NCBI RefSeq assembly: GCF_011386835.1
Contig: NC_088809.1
Span: 12,896,001-12,960,000, forward strand
Source: Chrysemys picta bellii
Taxonomy: Eukaryota
Length of the DNA stretch: 64,000 nt
Reading direction: 5' to 3'
Under the pieces are notes generated by a model, which saw only the letters and a program-made list of their open reading frames with translations, did no database searches and had not been told where the DNA came from. Both the position numbers and the translations under genes were made by a program. Below are positions 39,401 through 51,179 of the stretch, in pieces (the first letter of the stretch is position 1; each line of letters begins with the position of its first letter).

Positions 39401-42400
39401 GCCTACAAAAGCCACCATGATTGGTTCCAGTTGCCCCTGTGGAGAAGCCAAGGATTGAATGATCCATGAAGACTGAACTCTGTCTTCATTTACAGAGCTA
39501 GTGCCTCCATCCTGACCTGGAGGGACCATGGCAAGAGAGGGCATGTAGGGAGGCATTGGCATTTTCTACCTGCACTCTATCTGTTCTGTGAATAAGTAGA
39601 AGACTTCCATCTCCAGAGCTATAAATCCAGCACATTTCATAAAAGTTCAGTTGGCTTTAAAGAGATTACAGATCATCCCCCATACAAAGAAGGGTGTGTG
39701 TGTGTGGAGGGGAAGGTGTGAGAGAGAGCAATATTTCAGTTAACTGGAAGACTGATCAGGAGAAAACATCAGCACTGGAATCCCCAGGAATTAACAATAA
39801 AAGCGGAGCATAGTCTGTCCCTTTCTTTTCAATGAGTCCTTTCAAATTGGGGTCCAAATTCTGCTCTGGTGTAAATCCAAAGTTAGAGGTGTGCATGTAT
39901 TAAAACATTCATTATCTTCTACGATTCAAACACAGCCTTGCTTTGGGCAAGATGTTTGAATGACTGTTACCCACAGAGTAAAATGAGCTATAACCAGTTT
40001 TATTTATAATCTCAGTGAAACCGTATCTGAAATCAGATGACCGGCGCTGAGATTATGCAACAAAATGCAAATGAGTGAATCGGAATAGAGTGCTAATTCA
40101 TGAGTCACAGCAAAGGCCAGGATCTAAAAGAAGGGAGCTGCTTTTATTGTACTGTTGAGTTGAATTCAACATAGGAAGTGAAACACTGTGCTGGCCCCCT
40201 TGCAATATAGCCCTTTTTCACTTACCCCTCAGAAAACAATTTGGGAGATGGACTCTGAATAAGGAAAAGTTCCGTGAACGGGTCCTGATGTCCAGATTTT
40301 ATCCTTCAGGCCTTTTGTTGTGTATTTCCTGTTTGTTTGGTTTATAACCAGAGTTAGGGTGACCAGACAGCAAGTGTGAAAAATCGGAATGGGGGTTGGG
40401 GATAATAGGAGCCTATATAAGAAAAAGACCCAAAAATCGGGACTGTCTATAAAATCAGGACATCTGGTCACCCTAACCAGAGTGGTGTTGGATACTTCAC
40501 AAGGGCAGGCTTGGAGTGTTAAATTTGTTAAAAAGACAACTTCTAGAGATTAATAATAACTTCATTATAATGATGACCATTGAATTTGATGGCCTCAATC
40601 CAGTTCATCACAAAGCCACTGTCACAGCTGGCACTAACTGGTCCCATTGCTGGCAGCTTCAACTTCTAAAATCCCTTAGCAATCTGATTGCAGGACTGGA
40701 AACCAAGAACTCTTGTTGTCTAATCCCAACTCTGGCTCCGATTCTCTGAGGTCTCGAGCAATCATTAACGTCTTGCCTCAATTTCCCCTCTATGCTGCGG
40801 ATAATACTTTCACGTAGGTGTGGGTTCGTTATTGTCTGCTGTAGAAATAGTATTCAGTAGTTTCAACTTTTTATTGATCCAGACTTTTCTGCTTCCTTTT
40901 TTTTTTCCCAGCTAACTATTAAACCTCTTGATAAAAAAGCAGAAGTTTTCAAATTCTTTTCCTCGCAGCTCAAAGTGAACAAACTGGTAAGTGGGCTGCT
41001 GCTCTTTTAAAAAATCTGAATGTAGTAACAATTTCAGTTGCATTGATTGATATCAGAATGAGAAATCTTATTCAGGATACCGCCATGGTCATGTGTGTCA
41101 TGAGTATTGGTACTTAAGAGGCCTAAAGCCATAATAAAAATTAGTGTTGCAGTGATTTAGTGACAACCCAGGGTTGTGAGTTCAATCCTTGAGGGGGCCA
41201 CTTAGGGATCTGGGGCAAAATCAGTACTTGGTCCTGCTAGTGAAGGCAGGGGGCTGGACTCAATGACCTCTCAGAGTCCCTTCCAGTTCTAGGAGATGGG
41301 ATATCTCCATTAATTTATTTATTTTATTTTATAAAAATTAATGAGAGAAACTGGTCTACCATATTGTGCCCTACATGAGAGAACCCACCCGGGGACCAAG
41401 AAACTTTGTCTGTCTGAACACTTGCTTTTTTCCTCTTAAATTATTCTGTTTGTGGGTGACTTTGCCCTCTTTTTTTAGAATGGGCATGGGAGGAGACTCA
41501 CCAACTGTGTAAAAGACCAGAGAGCCACAGGGAAATCCTGCAGATCTAAGGCAAGGGCATTGTGGGAAGGCAGGATGCCCCCTTTGCTTCCTCAGGAGCG
41601 GTGCTTCTGTGGATTCTCATTTCCTCAAGGAACAACAAGGAAAGGGAAGCAGCATACGATACTGCTGACTGGGTTGCCGTTATCTTTCATTGAAATATCC
41701 CTATGGGATTGATGGGGGAAGACACCGGCTCAGTCCTCTCCCTAGCTAACCATATCCTTTCCCAACCTGCAGAGCCCTCATCTTATTATGCACCTGTGGA
41801 GGGTCTTCTGCAGATGACCTGCCATGCCACTACTGCTCTTCTCCCTCATATGCCCCCACCCCGACTAGTTCCATTTCCCTCTCTTACACCAGCAGAACTG
41901 GAGGAGAAATTGGTGCCAGAGAAGGTGACTGAATAAGGAAAGAGACTTTCAGCCTGTTCTGAACCTGTCCAAATCATATATTTGCTGACTAAAGATGTGC
42001 CTTACCTTGACTTGCTAGGCTAGAAACCTACAAAACTAATTGTCACTTTTATTGGAGGGGGAGGAATTGCTAGCTCCTGATGACTCTGAAGTTCGCCCCC
42101 AAGTAGGAGATGTGTTTGCATTCCTGTGCGGTGCTCTTCACCCAGCTCACTGCAACTCACTTGTGTTGCAATTGCTTTGCTTTTTGCAGATTTTACAGTT
42201 GTGCATTGGAAACCATGACTTGTTCATGAGAAGGAGAAAAGTGGACTCCATCGAGATCCAGCAAATGAAAGCTCAGGCCAGGGAGGAAAAGGCTAGAAAA
42301 AAAGTAGGTTCCTTCTGCTCCTTGTTGCTGAAAGTATTTATTATTCCATTCACTACACATATGTTATTCTTCACCCTACTTGTTCATATCATGAGCAGAG

Positions 42401-45400
42401 ATGAATTTGTGTATGTGTGTGTGCGCTCTCAGTGGTGTCTGTGTTGATGCATGTGGAGGGACTGAGAATATGAGCAGCTGTGGGAGGTGTGGAATGTCAG
42501 AGGATACAGTATGTGTGTTGTGCATGGGTGGTATCTGTGGTAGAGGGATGCTCATGTGTCACTCCTCCCTTTGTACTACACCTGCGCAAGTGCTCCATAT
42601 GGACAGCACTTTTAAATAACCAGGCTCACCAGCTGTCGGATTCAATACAGATGAACTGCCCTGGCAATTTGCAAGATGCCCTGATAGTAGCAAATAGCCG
42701 TGCAGCAGCCGGACAGCTTTCAGTTCTCTAGAAATATTTACCCAGTTTGCTCTGCAGTCCCAGTCGGTGAGCGTCACTCATTATCTTTCCAGATGGAGAC
42801 TCAAAGGCTGGCCAGGGAGAAGCAGCTCAGAGAAGAAGCAGAGCGAGCCAAAGAAGAGCTGGAAAGGCGCCTCTTCCAGATGGAAGATGAAGCCAGGCAA
42901 GCCAACGAGGCACTGGTGAGCATTGCAGTAGTCTGTGAATGTCATCTGGCCTTGGGCGAAGTCAAGATTTATTAGCTCCTTTTCCTGTGGCGTTAGCTAG
43001 GACACTGAGGGAATATCTGTACTGCAATTAAAAACCTATGGGACTGAGTCTCAGAGCCCAGGTCAATTGACTCTGGGTCACAGGGCTCAGGCTGCAGGGC
43101 TAAAAATTGCAGTGTAGCTGTTTGGGCTCGGGCTGGAACACAGGCTTTGAGACCCTCTGTCCTCATGGGGTCTCAGACCCCGGGTTCCAGCCCAAGTTCG
43201 AACATTGACACTGCAATTTTTAGCTCTGCAGCCTGAGTTGGCTGACCGGGGCCAGCCACGGCAATGCCACAGGTCTCTTATTGCAGTGTAGATGTGCCCT
43301 GAGGGTTATTGTTAAGGAAAGGAGGGAGATTTTCTGGGAGGCAGGGCATGCTTGCACTCTTGCAGGGAGCCAGGCCTGCCCCCAATCTCAATTTGCTGGG
43401 TACCATCCACTTCCCCCTGATTTTTCTGCCAACACCTTGTTCAGGCCTGGAGCCAGAGGGAGAGGAAAGCAGGCTGCATCAGGAACTGAAGCTGTGGAGA
43501 AGCCGGTAGCAGGTGGGACTGGTAGCTGAAAGGAGGCAGGCAGAGTTCACTAGGCTCTGCCCATTTGGGAGACGTCTTAGTCCAGTGCTGAGTAAAGGAG
43601 GAGAGGTCTTATACGATGGAAGGAGTGAAGGAGAGTGGAAGGCAAGAATACTGGAGCAGAGGGAGACTAGACATCCTGGAAATGTTTACTTGGCTCTAGG
43701 CCCTCAGTAAAGAGGGCTAAGGACGAATATAATGATCCTTGGTATGTTAAGGGTTAATATTATGATGATCTGCAGGGGAAAGACCTCCTGCTTCTAAGCT
43801 GACTCTAGCTATTTTTCCTTTCTAAATGTTGCATCATAGTAGCTAAGATAAATCCGGTCTCTTTCTAGCTCCGGTCCCAGGAAACAGCAGAGCTGCTGGC
43901 CGAGAAAGCTCAGATTGCAGAAGAAGAGGCCAAACTGCTGGCCCAGAATGCTGCAGAAGCTGAGCAAGAGCGGCAGAGGTTGGAGATCACAGCACTGAAA
44001 ACCAAGGAGGAGAAGCGTCTGATGGAGCAGAAGATGCGGGAGACAGAGCTGATTGCAGTAAAACTGGTGAAAGAGTCTGATCGAAGGTTAGATTTGCTCG
44101 TGGGTCTGGTGGGTGGCATCTGTCAGCCATGGCACTTGTGGATATACTGTGGGACTATCTTCCTAGAGTTTACGTGTGGAAGGAGGAATTCCCCAGGTGA
44201 CACTTCACAGCTTTGTGCATCTTGTTCATTCCCACCTTGTACCAGTGAATTTGAAATTAGTGCCAGAAATTTTAACAAAAATTGCATCCTCAGCTGTAGA
44301 GTTTTAACTGTAACTATGCAGCCACTCCTCCTTAGCATTATCGAAAGACTGAGGGCTACTAATGGAGAGTCTAAACGTAAATGTAAAGCCTTGTGAACGC
44401 TAGAACCATGCTAATTAGAAGAGTTTAAACTTATAAGCGGTTTGCAGGATTCTATTATGGGGTTCCTAACCCAGTGTAATGCACTTAATATAGACACTGT
44501 TGTAGATTATGTATATTCTATTGTTCGCACATGTATAGAATGCGAGGGCTCAGTGCTATCCTAAAATACAGGGCGTGCCTCATGTTATTTGTTGTTGTTA
44601 CAGGTATTTGTAAAGTTCTTATCACCCTGGTACCTGATGGCACTTTACTTATGCTAGTATGGTGTTAAACAACATTTTCCCAAAACAGGGAGCACTTGCT
44701 TGTCTGAAAAGTATCCCAAAGAGGATCTTTGATGTCAGATAATGGTTGAGGGCCCAGAGATTACAAGAACTGGGCCCATAGGAATTAGAGATAGAAAAGA
44801 TCTATTAAATCAGCCAGCTAATGCAGGACTGTTCCCGCAATCACCTCTTCTTGTGCTTTGTCCAGTTTACAATGTCCCATGCAATCAGGCTTTAACCTGT
44901 GGAGACTATTTCGAAGGCTAACGGATGTCTCTCAGGAAACCAGCTAGGTGTATGAACTCAGTGTGTTGCCACATGTTTGAAATCTACCACCTAACGTTCA
45001 CAATATGTTTGTCTGACAGAGCCAAAGAAGCTGAACATCTAAAACAGGATCTGCATGAAGCCAGGGAAGCTGAACGAAAAGCAAAGCAGAAACTTCTGGA
45101 TGTAACTAAGCTTAATTATCTTGTAAGTTACCCAGTTTACATTCTGGGCAGCCCTTTATTGGAGAGTGGACAAATAACCAATCATCATTTCAATGTAGAT
45201 ACAATGTAACTAACAAGTAAATACACATTATCCATGAAGCTTGCTCAAGACACTTTGTTACCAAGCTGATGTATTTGTAACCTCTTTGTACTTTGCAGTC
45301 TTTGGACTTCACAATTTTAACATATCATGACAATTTAAGGAATATCTATCTATCACCATCACTGTTAATCACGTAGCATACACAGTACCCAGAGATGTTT

Positions 45401-46940
45401 GCAATTTAAGGATACCTGGATGTCGTACTGACAGAAGTGAAATATGGAAACTGAGTGACATTGAGAGAACTTTAGGAAGGGCTCAGAAAAGGAGCTTTGT
45501 GGATGAAAACTTGTCTGCGGCTTCAAACTTCTTTTGTATGCTCCAGTATAGCAAAAGAGGGAATCTGCATTGTCAAAACAGAGGATTGGGACAGTCGGGT
45601 TCTACTCCGTTCTTTGCCACTGTGTCACTATGTGAACTAGGGCAAGCAATTTAGGGTAAAATTTTCAAAAGCGTCCGAGTCCCATTTTCAAAAGTGCCAG
45701 ACTCCTCAGTACTTTAGCTTTTATTTTTGTGAGCATAACCGGATAAGATGAAAGTTTCTTCCTCCTGGCCTGTGTTTAAAGTAAAGCTGTGGGCTTGCAC
45801 AGAAGCAGTATTTGCCACTGTGACCTGAGGTGCCAGGAGCAAATGCCATTACTCCTTCTTATGGGGAAGCCAATCTATGCACATGCTGCACTCTGTGTGA
45901 TATCCACGAAGTTTAAAAACTAGATGGGAAACATTCCAGCCATGCTGCTTCTCTCGCATTGGCACACAGTCTGTATGCATTGTAATGTATTTCATTGAAG
46001 GCTAACATTTTATTTCAAAAAGATTTGTTTAGGGCCAGCCAGCCAGGGAGGAAAGGGATATGAATGCCTACAGCCATCTTTAGAATCAATGGGAAGACAT
46101 CAATTTGGGAGACCGCGTGTGAGATTTTTGTAGAAGCTAGAAATATACTTGAAATTAAAAACAAATGTTCTAATTTTATTGTTAATGGAACAAACTCTTT
46201 TTTTGATTATCTTGCATCTTTTAGCATGTGGCCCGGTATCCTCATCATTCACCTGCTGACACCAGAGATGTCAACTTTGACAAAGGATCTGTAAAGATGG
46301 ATTTAAAAGATGTAGATCTGAAGAGACTGTCCTTTGAGATAGAAAGAGAGAGGTACTGGAACACTCCTAAGATGTAAATAAACTAGGGAGTCTTAACCTG
46401 GGAAATTAGAGGTGGAAAATACCGGTTATGTCTCCTGATGTATCCTCCTACCAGTGCAGGATTGTTCCCCACAATACATATGGGTGATTGCCTTATACAG
46501 AAGTAATAGCATCAGCTCTGTAACACATTAGCTTTTTAGAAGGAGAAAAGATGTTTTCTTGGCATCTAGCCATGAAGAGTACAGAGATCTGGGATTTAAA
46601 GGAATACATTGTCTAGGGGCAAAGCACTATGCTCTGATATGAGTATGCAGGAGGATGGAAACAACTGACTGGTGCATTGAGAGGGCTTTCCTTTCCTTTG
46701 CCCCATTGTAGACTGTATACTGGACTACGGGAACCATTGTTCTGTTATGGTCTTTCCTACATTCCTGTGAAAAGTGGCTTTAAAAATCTACCAAAAGACT
46801 ATTCAAAATGTTCCTAGATATTACACTTGCTTGCCAACACAGATCTTGGAGAATATCAAGTTGGTTCTGTGGCTATCTTGAATGTTAAAATGGTTTATAA
46901 GCTGCATTGTGGGCAAATGGACATAAAGTGGCAAGACTCA

Positions 46941-46974
<34 letters not shown>

Positions 46975-49348
46975 TTTCACTCCGCATGCACTATAAAGTA
47001 TGCTATGCTTTCATAGAGTTTATCGTCAGAAGAGCCCATTAGTCAGCTAGCCTAACTTCCTGTATATCACAGCCCAGATACCCCCATATGGAGCCAAATA
47101 ACTTCAGCATTATCGGTATCTGACTGATTGAAATGCATTAATGTTCTGATAGTACATTAGCTGACAATGCAAGGAGCTAGTACACTTATTTGCATCATGG
47201 TTGTGCCTAGGACCCCAGCCATGGACCAGGACTCCATTGTGCTAGGCAATGTCCAGTCACAAAACAAACAGATGGTCCCTGCCCCCAAAGAGCTTATGAT
47301 CTAAGTAGAAGACCAGAGACAACAGATGGATGCAGACAGACTTTGTCTTACCTATACCTATTGTGGGACCCTCTATGATTCTGCAGATTCCTATATAAAG
47401 CTGGTTCTCCAACTGTTTAATAACACCTAACAGGAGATTCTGTGTGTGACTGCTGGATTTCTAGTTGAAAGGGAGCAGGTCTTGCTGTGATCATCTGGAA
47501 GTAAATGTTTCTTCACAGGTTTCCCATGCAGCCCATAGCCTGAGCTTACATTTCTAACCATTCCCCTTTGTTCTGACTTCTCCCAGTTAAAGCAAACCTC
47601 CCTCCGCAAGCAGACCCAAATCTGTAAACTTCCTGCTGGTGCTGTCAGCAGTTCAGAATGAATGTAATGACAACGAAAGAGAAGTCAGGGTCACTGAAAG
47701 CCTTTCCCTGTAATGAAACAATTGGAGAACAGAGGTCCAGGCCCATTTGGAGCAAATATCAGACTAAATAAAATACAAATCGGATGAAGTTATTGACTGT
47801 CAGTTGAATAACTTCAAGTGTCAAATTAATTTCTGATGTAAGATAAGTGGATTTACAATGGGGATGGGTTTTGCCCCAGAAGCTATGAATGAAAATGTCT
47901 TACAAATTGCCCTTACAAAATAGATGAATGTAAAAACTACAAAACCCTCCTTTAGAATCATAGAATATCAGGGTTGGAAGGGACCTCAGGAGGTCATCTA
48001 GTCCAACCCCCTGCTCAAAGCAGGACCAATTCCCAACTAAATCATCCCAGACAGGGCTTTGTCAAGCCTGACCTTAAAAACCTCTAAGGATGGAGATTCC
48101 ACCACCTCCCTAGGTAACGCATTCCAGTGCTTCACCACCCTACTAGTGAAAAAGTTTTTCCTAATATCCAACCTAAACCTCCCCCACTGCAACTTGAGAC
48201 CATTACTCCTTGTTCTGTCATCAGGTATCACTGAGAACAGTCTAGATCCATCCTCTTTGGAACCCCCTTTCAGGTAGTTGAAAGCAGCTATCAAATCCCC
48301 CCTCATTCTTCTCTTCTGGAGACTAAACAATCCCAGTTCCCTCAGCCTCTCCTCATAAGTCATGTGCTCCAGCCCCCTAATCATTTTTATTGCGCTCCAC
48401 TGGACCCTTTCCAATTTTTCCACATCCTTCTTGTGGTGTGGGGCCCAAAACTGGACACAGTACTCCAGATGAGGCCTCACCAATGTCAAATAGAGGGGAA
48501 TGATCACGTCCCTTGATCTGCTGGCAATGCCCTTACTTATACAGCCCAAAATGCCATTAGCCTTCTTGGCAACAAGGGCACACTGTCGACTCATATCCAG
48601 CTTCTCGTCCACTGTAACCCCTACGTCCTTTTCTGTAGAACTGCTTCCTAGCCATTCGGTCCCTAGTCTGTAACAATGAATGGGACTCTTCCGTCCTACT
48701 TGCAGGACTCTGCACTTGTCCTTTAGAGCTACCACTGGCTAATTAGATTCATATTTTGTCGTCTTCTCTCCCTGTGTGGCTTGCAGGTTAGATTACTTGG
48801 AAAAGAGCAAAAAATTTGAAGATCGATTGAAAGAGCTGAAGTCAGAAATCCATGCACTGAAACTAGAGGAAAAACAAAATGGGCTCTACTCTCACTGGAA
48901 TGAAGTTCTTGGATCCTTGGATCGTTCAATAGGAAATGTATGTAACCCTAAATATAGGTTTTATAATAAGAATAACAGATAAGCTTACTCATGCAGTAGA
49001 AACTAATAAATATAGAAGGTTCAGTTAACACCATAAACAAAGGGACATTAGAATCCCTATAATGTTTCTAAAAGCATATGCTAAACATATACTTCATATT
49101 TTGGTATGAAACACACATTCACTCTCTCTATTGATAATAAAATGTGAAAAGTGGGTCTGGAGACATTAAAAGTGGCATTTTCCGCTGGAAGCGTTTTATG
49201 GGAGGAATCCCCTCAAATGTATAACAGTCAAAGATTGTGAGCTCCCAGGAAGAGTCCCATAAAGGTTGAAGGCTGTTGGGCAAAATAAGCTCTTGCAAGC
49301 TCAAAACAGTTAAATGTGGCATAGTTGTAATCAGTCTCTTTCTACTTC

Positions 49349-49408
<60 letters not shown>

Positions 49409-51179
49409 GTCAGCTTTTTATGCTAGATTCTTTTGATTTAGCAAACAAACTTTTGAGCCCCTTTCTGGACCGGTGCAACAGTAATAGGCCCCAGCCCTTC
49501 CAGATTTCTCCAAACCTAGTAGAAATTTGTCTTAGACTTAGAGTAACACACATTAGAGACAAAAAAGGGAGGCTTGGGTGAGAGAAGGCTCCTATAATTT
49601 CAGGTCCATGTATTTATGCCTTTGGCTTAACGTGAGCTGATGGAGTGAGAACACTATTTCACATATTCTGTCCTTTAAAGGCTCCCTCATGGATGAAAAC
49701 CTTTGGAGCTGGAGACTTGTTGGATATAAATCTTGGAAAGCCCTTCCCAGCTTATCCATTAAATGCCACAAGCAGCTGGCCATGTACCAACAAGAATCAA
49801 CATACAGTGCCTGTGGAAAAGTCAACTTTTCAAACAAATACCTTGGTTGCCAGCAATGTGGGGACAGGAACTAGAAAACAGATTATAAAGGTAATGGGAT
49901 TTATATGTATTTTCCCAACATGTGAATGAATTTAGTGCTTGTGAAAGTAAGGAATTAATAGGTTGGGCAAGCTTCTCCCACCCAACTCTGCCAGTGCCCC
50001 TCAATCCCAAACTGTGAAGGACTGCTAGTTATTCTAGTCCTTCAGTTTCATGCCATTTAAGGCAGCTTGTAAGATGGGCATCACAGGGGCTAGGATGAGA
50101 TCAGCTGACTCCATTCCACCTGTGATCAAAGCTGGACTATGAATGAAAGATAAATCCTGTTAGACAACAAGAGGATTTGTATTCAATAGCTGTATTTTCT
50201 TTATAGTTTGACCAAGCTTGAAAGTAAATTAATATGTCCTCAGTGCTGGCATCAACAGTTTAAAACCTAAACATGATTCCCTTCTGCACTAGTATTTATG
50301 GCTGTGAAAACCTAACTTCCAGCATTAAGGGGCAGGTAATAAGATACCAGTAACAGAAATTGACCAGACCGCCTACAATTCAGCTCTTATGTGGCAATGG
50401 TCATAGAACACCGCCGCTCTATCAGCTGTTTCACACCAGTGCTGTGTGGGTCCATGAGGGAGACCCTGTGTTCTTGTATGGTTGGCTCCTTCCATGCGAG
50501 TGAATACATTGGGGGGGGGATATAAAAGCTCAGTCTGCTTCTAGAGTTGACTAACTGGAGTGAGGATTGGAGGGGTGTAGGAATCCTATTCTGAATGTGA
50601 GACTAGTTTAAGGGCAGGCAACTGTTACTGAACAGTTACCAACAAGTAACTTTATTTATGCACTACTAATTGTGCTGGTTGCCCGAGAACTAACTGGAGG
50701 TTTAAAGGAACATTTGTCTGTGAATGAGGCTAGGGCAAGAGTTTCTATTCTATGATCAATAAACTTGAGCTGTGCTTCGTATATTTATGGTAAAGATTTT
50801 TCAGAATCACTAGAGACTGTCACATGACCTTAACTTGCAGACTGTAGGCATAGAATTGTAAGATACAAAGTCCAATGCGGTTGGACAGAAGCAGCATCTT
50901 CCTAATGCAAATAATAAGGTAATTGTTTTAAGAAAATAGAATCCAAACTGCAAAGTAATGTCTGTCAGTGTGAAAACTTCCATGGGGAAGACAGGAAAAA
51001 AAGTCAAGCAATTTTGATGTGACTTCCTCAAGGCCACAGAGTTGATGTCAAAGCCAAGCTTAAGAGCTAAGGAATTCCTGGCTCCCACTCATATGCTTAA
51101 ACAGAACTTTAGGGTGGAAATAACTTCTTTGATTTGCACGTAGGTTCAGCAGCAAGACTCGGACGTGATCTACATTTGA
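26089..51179 (+). CDS. NF2L: Merlin-like / NF2-like FERM protein (paralogue of NF2), 17 coding exons, 648 aa
   Basis: Exons: 26089-26178, 29348-29473, 29860-29982, 35259-35342, 36329-36397, 36655-36737, 37973-38048, 38948-39085, 40912-40986, 42190-42303, 42793-42915, 43869-44086, 45020-45122, 46225-46352, 48787-48937, 49681-49890, 51144-51179. They sum to 1947 nt with an open frame and all GT-AG. Exons 2-7, 9-12 and 14 have the same lengths as I recall for human NF2. Merlin-specific motifs: [28 protein letters not shown] (blue box), [22 protein letters not shown]. The last two exons are supported by splice sites and frame only. The symbol follows the name I recall for the chicken gene. Confidence 0.92.
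26203..26231 (+). repeat. (GA)n microsatellite
   Basis: About 14 GA units, contiguous with the left TSD of the hAT MITE. Confidence 0.9.
26234..26536. mobile_element. GC-rich hAT-family MITE in NF2-like intron
   Basis: TIRs CAGGAGCGGCTC / GAGCCGCTCCTG and a perfect 8-bp TSD GAGAGAAC (26226-26233, 26537-26544). Confidence 0.9.
26790..27150 (+). mobile_element. LF-SINE (ancient lobe-finned-fish SINE) remnant
   Basis: Matches the recalled consensus blocks TGGTCTCAGT.CAGTTCC.AGTGGA, CTCAGCAGAGAGGCCAAGGATTGAAT, GGTCCCTCCA and GGGAAGCTTG..CTGCC. Confidence 0.72.
30404..30448 (+). repeat. (GA)n(GT)n microsatellite
   Basis: Direct inspection. Confidence 0.85.
31398..31615 (+). mobile_element. MIR/CORE-type SINE
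   Basis: tRNA-like head (GCATAGTGCAGTAG...GAGTCAGGACTCTGGGGTTC) followed by core GGCAAGTTGCTTA..CTCTGTGCCTGTTTCCCCTAT. Similar fragments lie at about 2290-2430, 10590-10740, 24330-24470 and 38100-38330. Confidence 0.6.
38347..38707. mobile_element. GC-rich hAT-family MITE
   Basis: TIRs CAGGGCTGCCCAGA / TCTGGGCGGCCCTG, a perfect 8-bp TSD GGTCACCT (38339-38346, 38708-38715) and an internal duplicated subrepeat. Confidence 0.92.
40355..40475. mobile_element. hAT-family MITE (same family as 18844-18968, opposite orientation)
   Basis: TIRs TAGGGTGACCAGA / TCTGGTCACCCTA and a perfect 8-bp TSD ACCAGAGT. Confidence 0.92.
41165..41330 (+). mobile_element. Tortoise Pol III/SINE, 5'-truncated
   Basis: Starts at AACCCAGGGTTGTGAGTTCAATCC (B box only) and is otherwise like 16932-17119, ending in an (ATTT)n tail. 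Confidence 0.85.
43011..43288. mobile_element. Harbinger-type MITE, older
   Basis: Terminal GGGAATATCTGTACTGCAAT / ATTGCAGTGTAGATGTGCCC with internal inverted subrepeats. Confidence 0.65.
47953..48722 (-). mobile_element. Young 5'-truncated CR1 LINE with uninterrupted RT C-terminal frame
   Basis: 232-aa ORF 48037-48735 ([23 protein letters not shown]...[13 protein letters not shown]...FKVRLDKAL). CR1 3' terminal repeat (ATTCTATGATTCTA on the minus strand) at 47953-47966. Candidate TSD TCCTTTAG (47948-47955, 48719-48726). Confidence 0.95.
49351..49400 (+). repeat. (TG)25 microsatellite
   Basis: Perfect 50-nt TG run followed by (AG)4. Confidence 0.95.

Noticed and set aside
26089-51179. Calling this gene NF2 itself or a pseudogene
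   Set aside because: The neighbours are NIPSNAP2, MRPS17 and SBDS rather than NIPSNAP1 and CABP7, the C-terminus differs, and the frame is fully open with intact splice sites.
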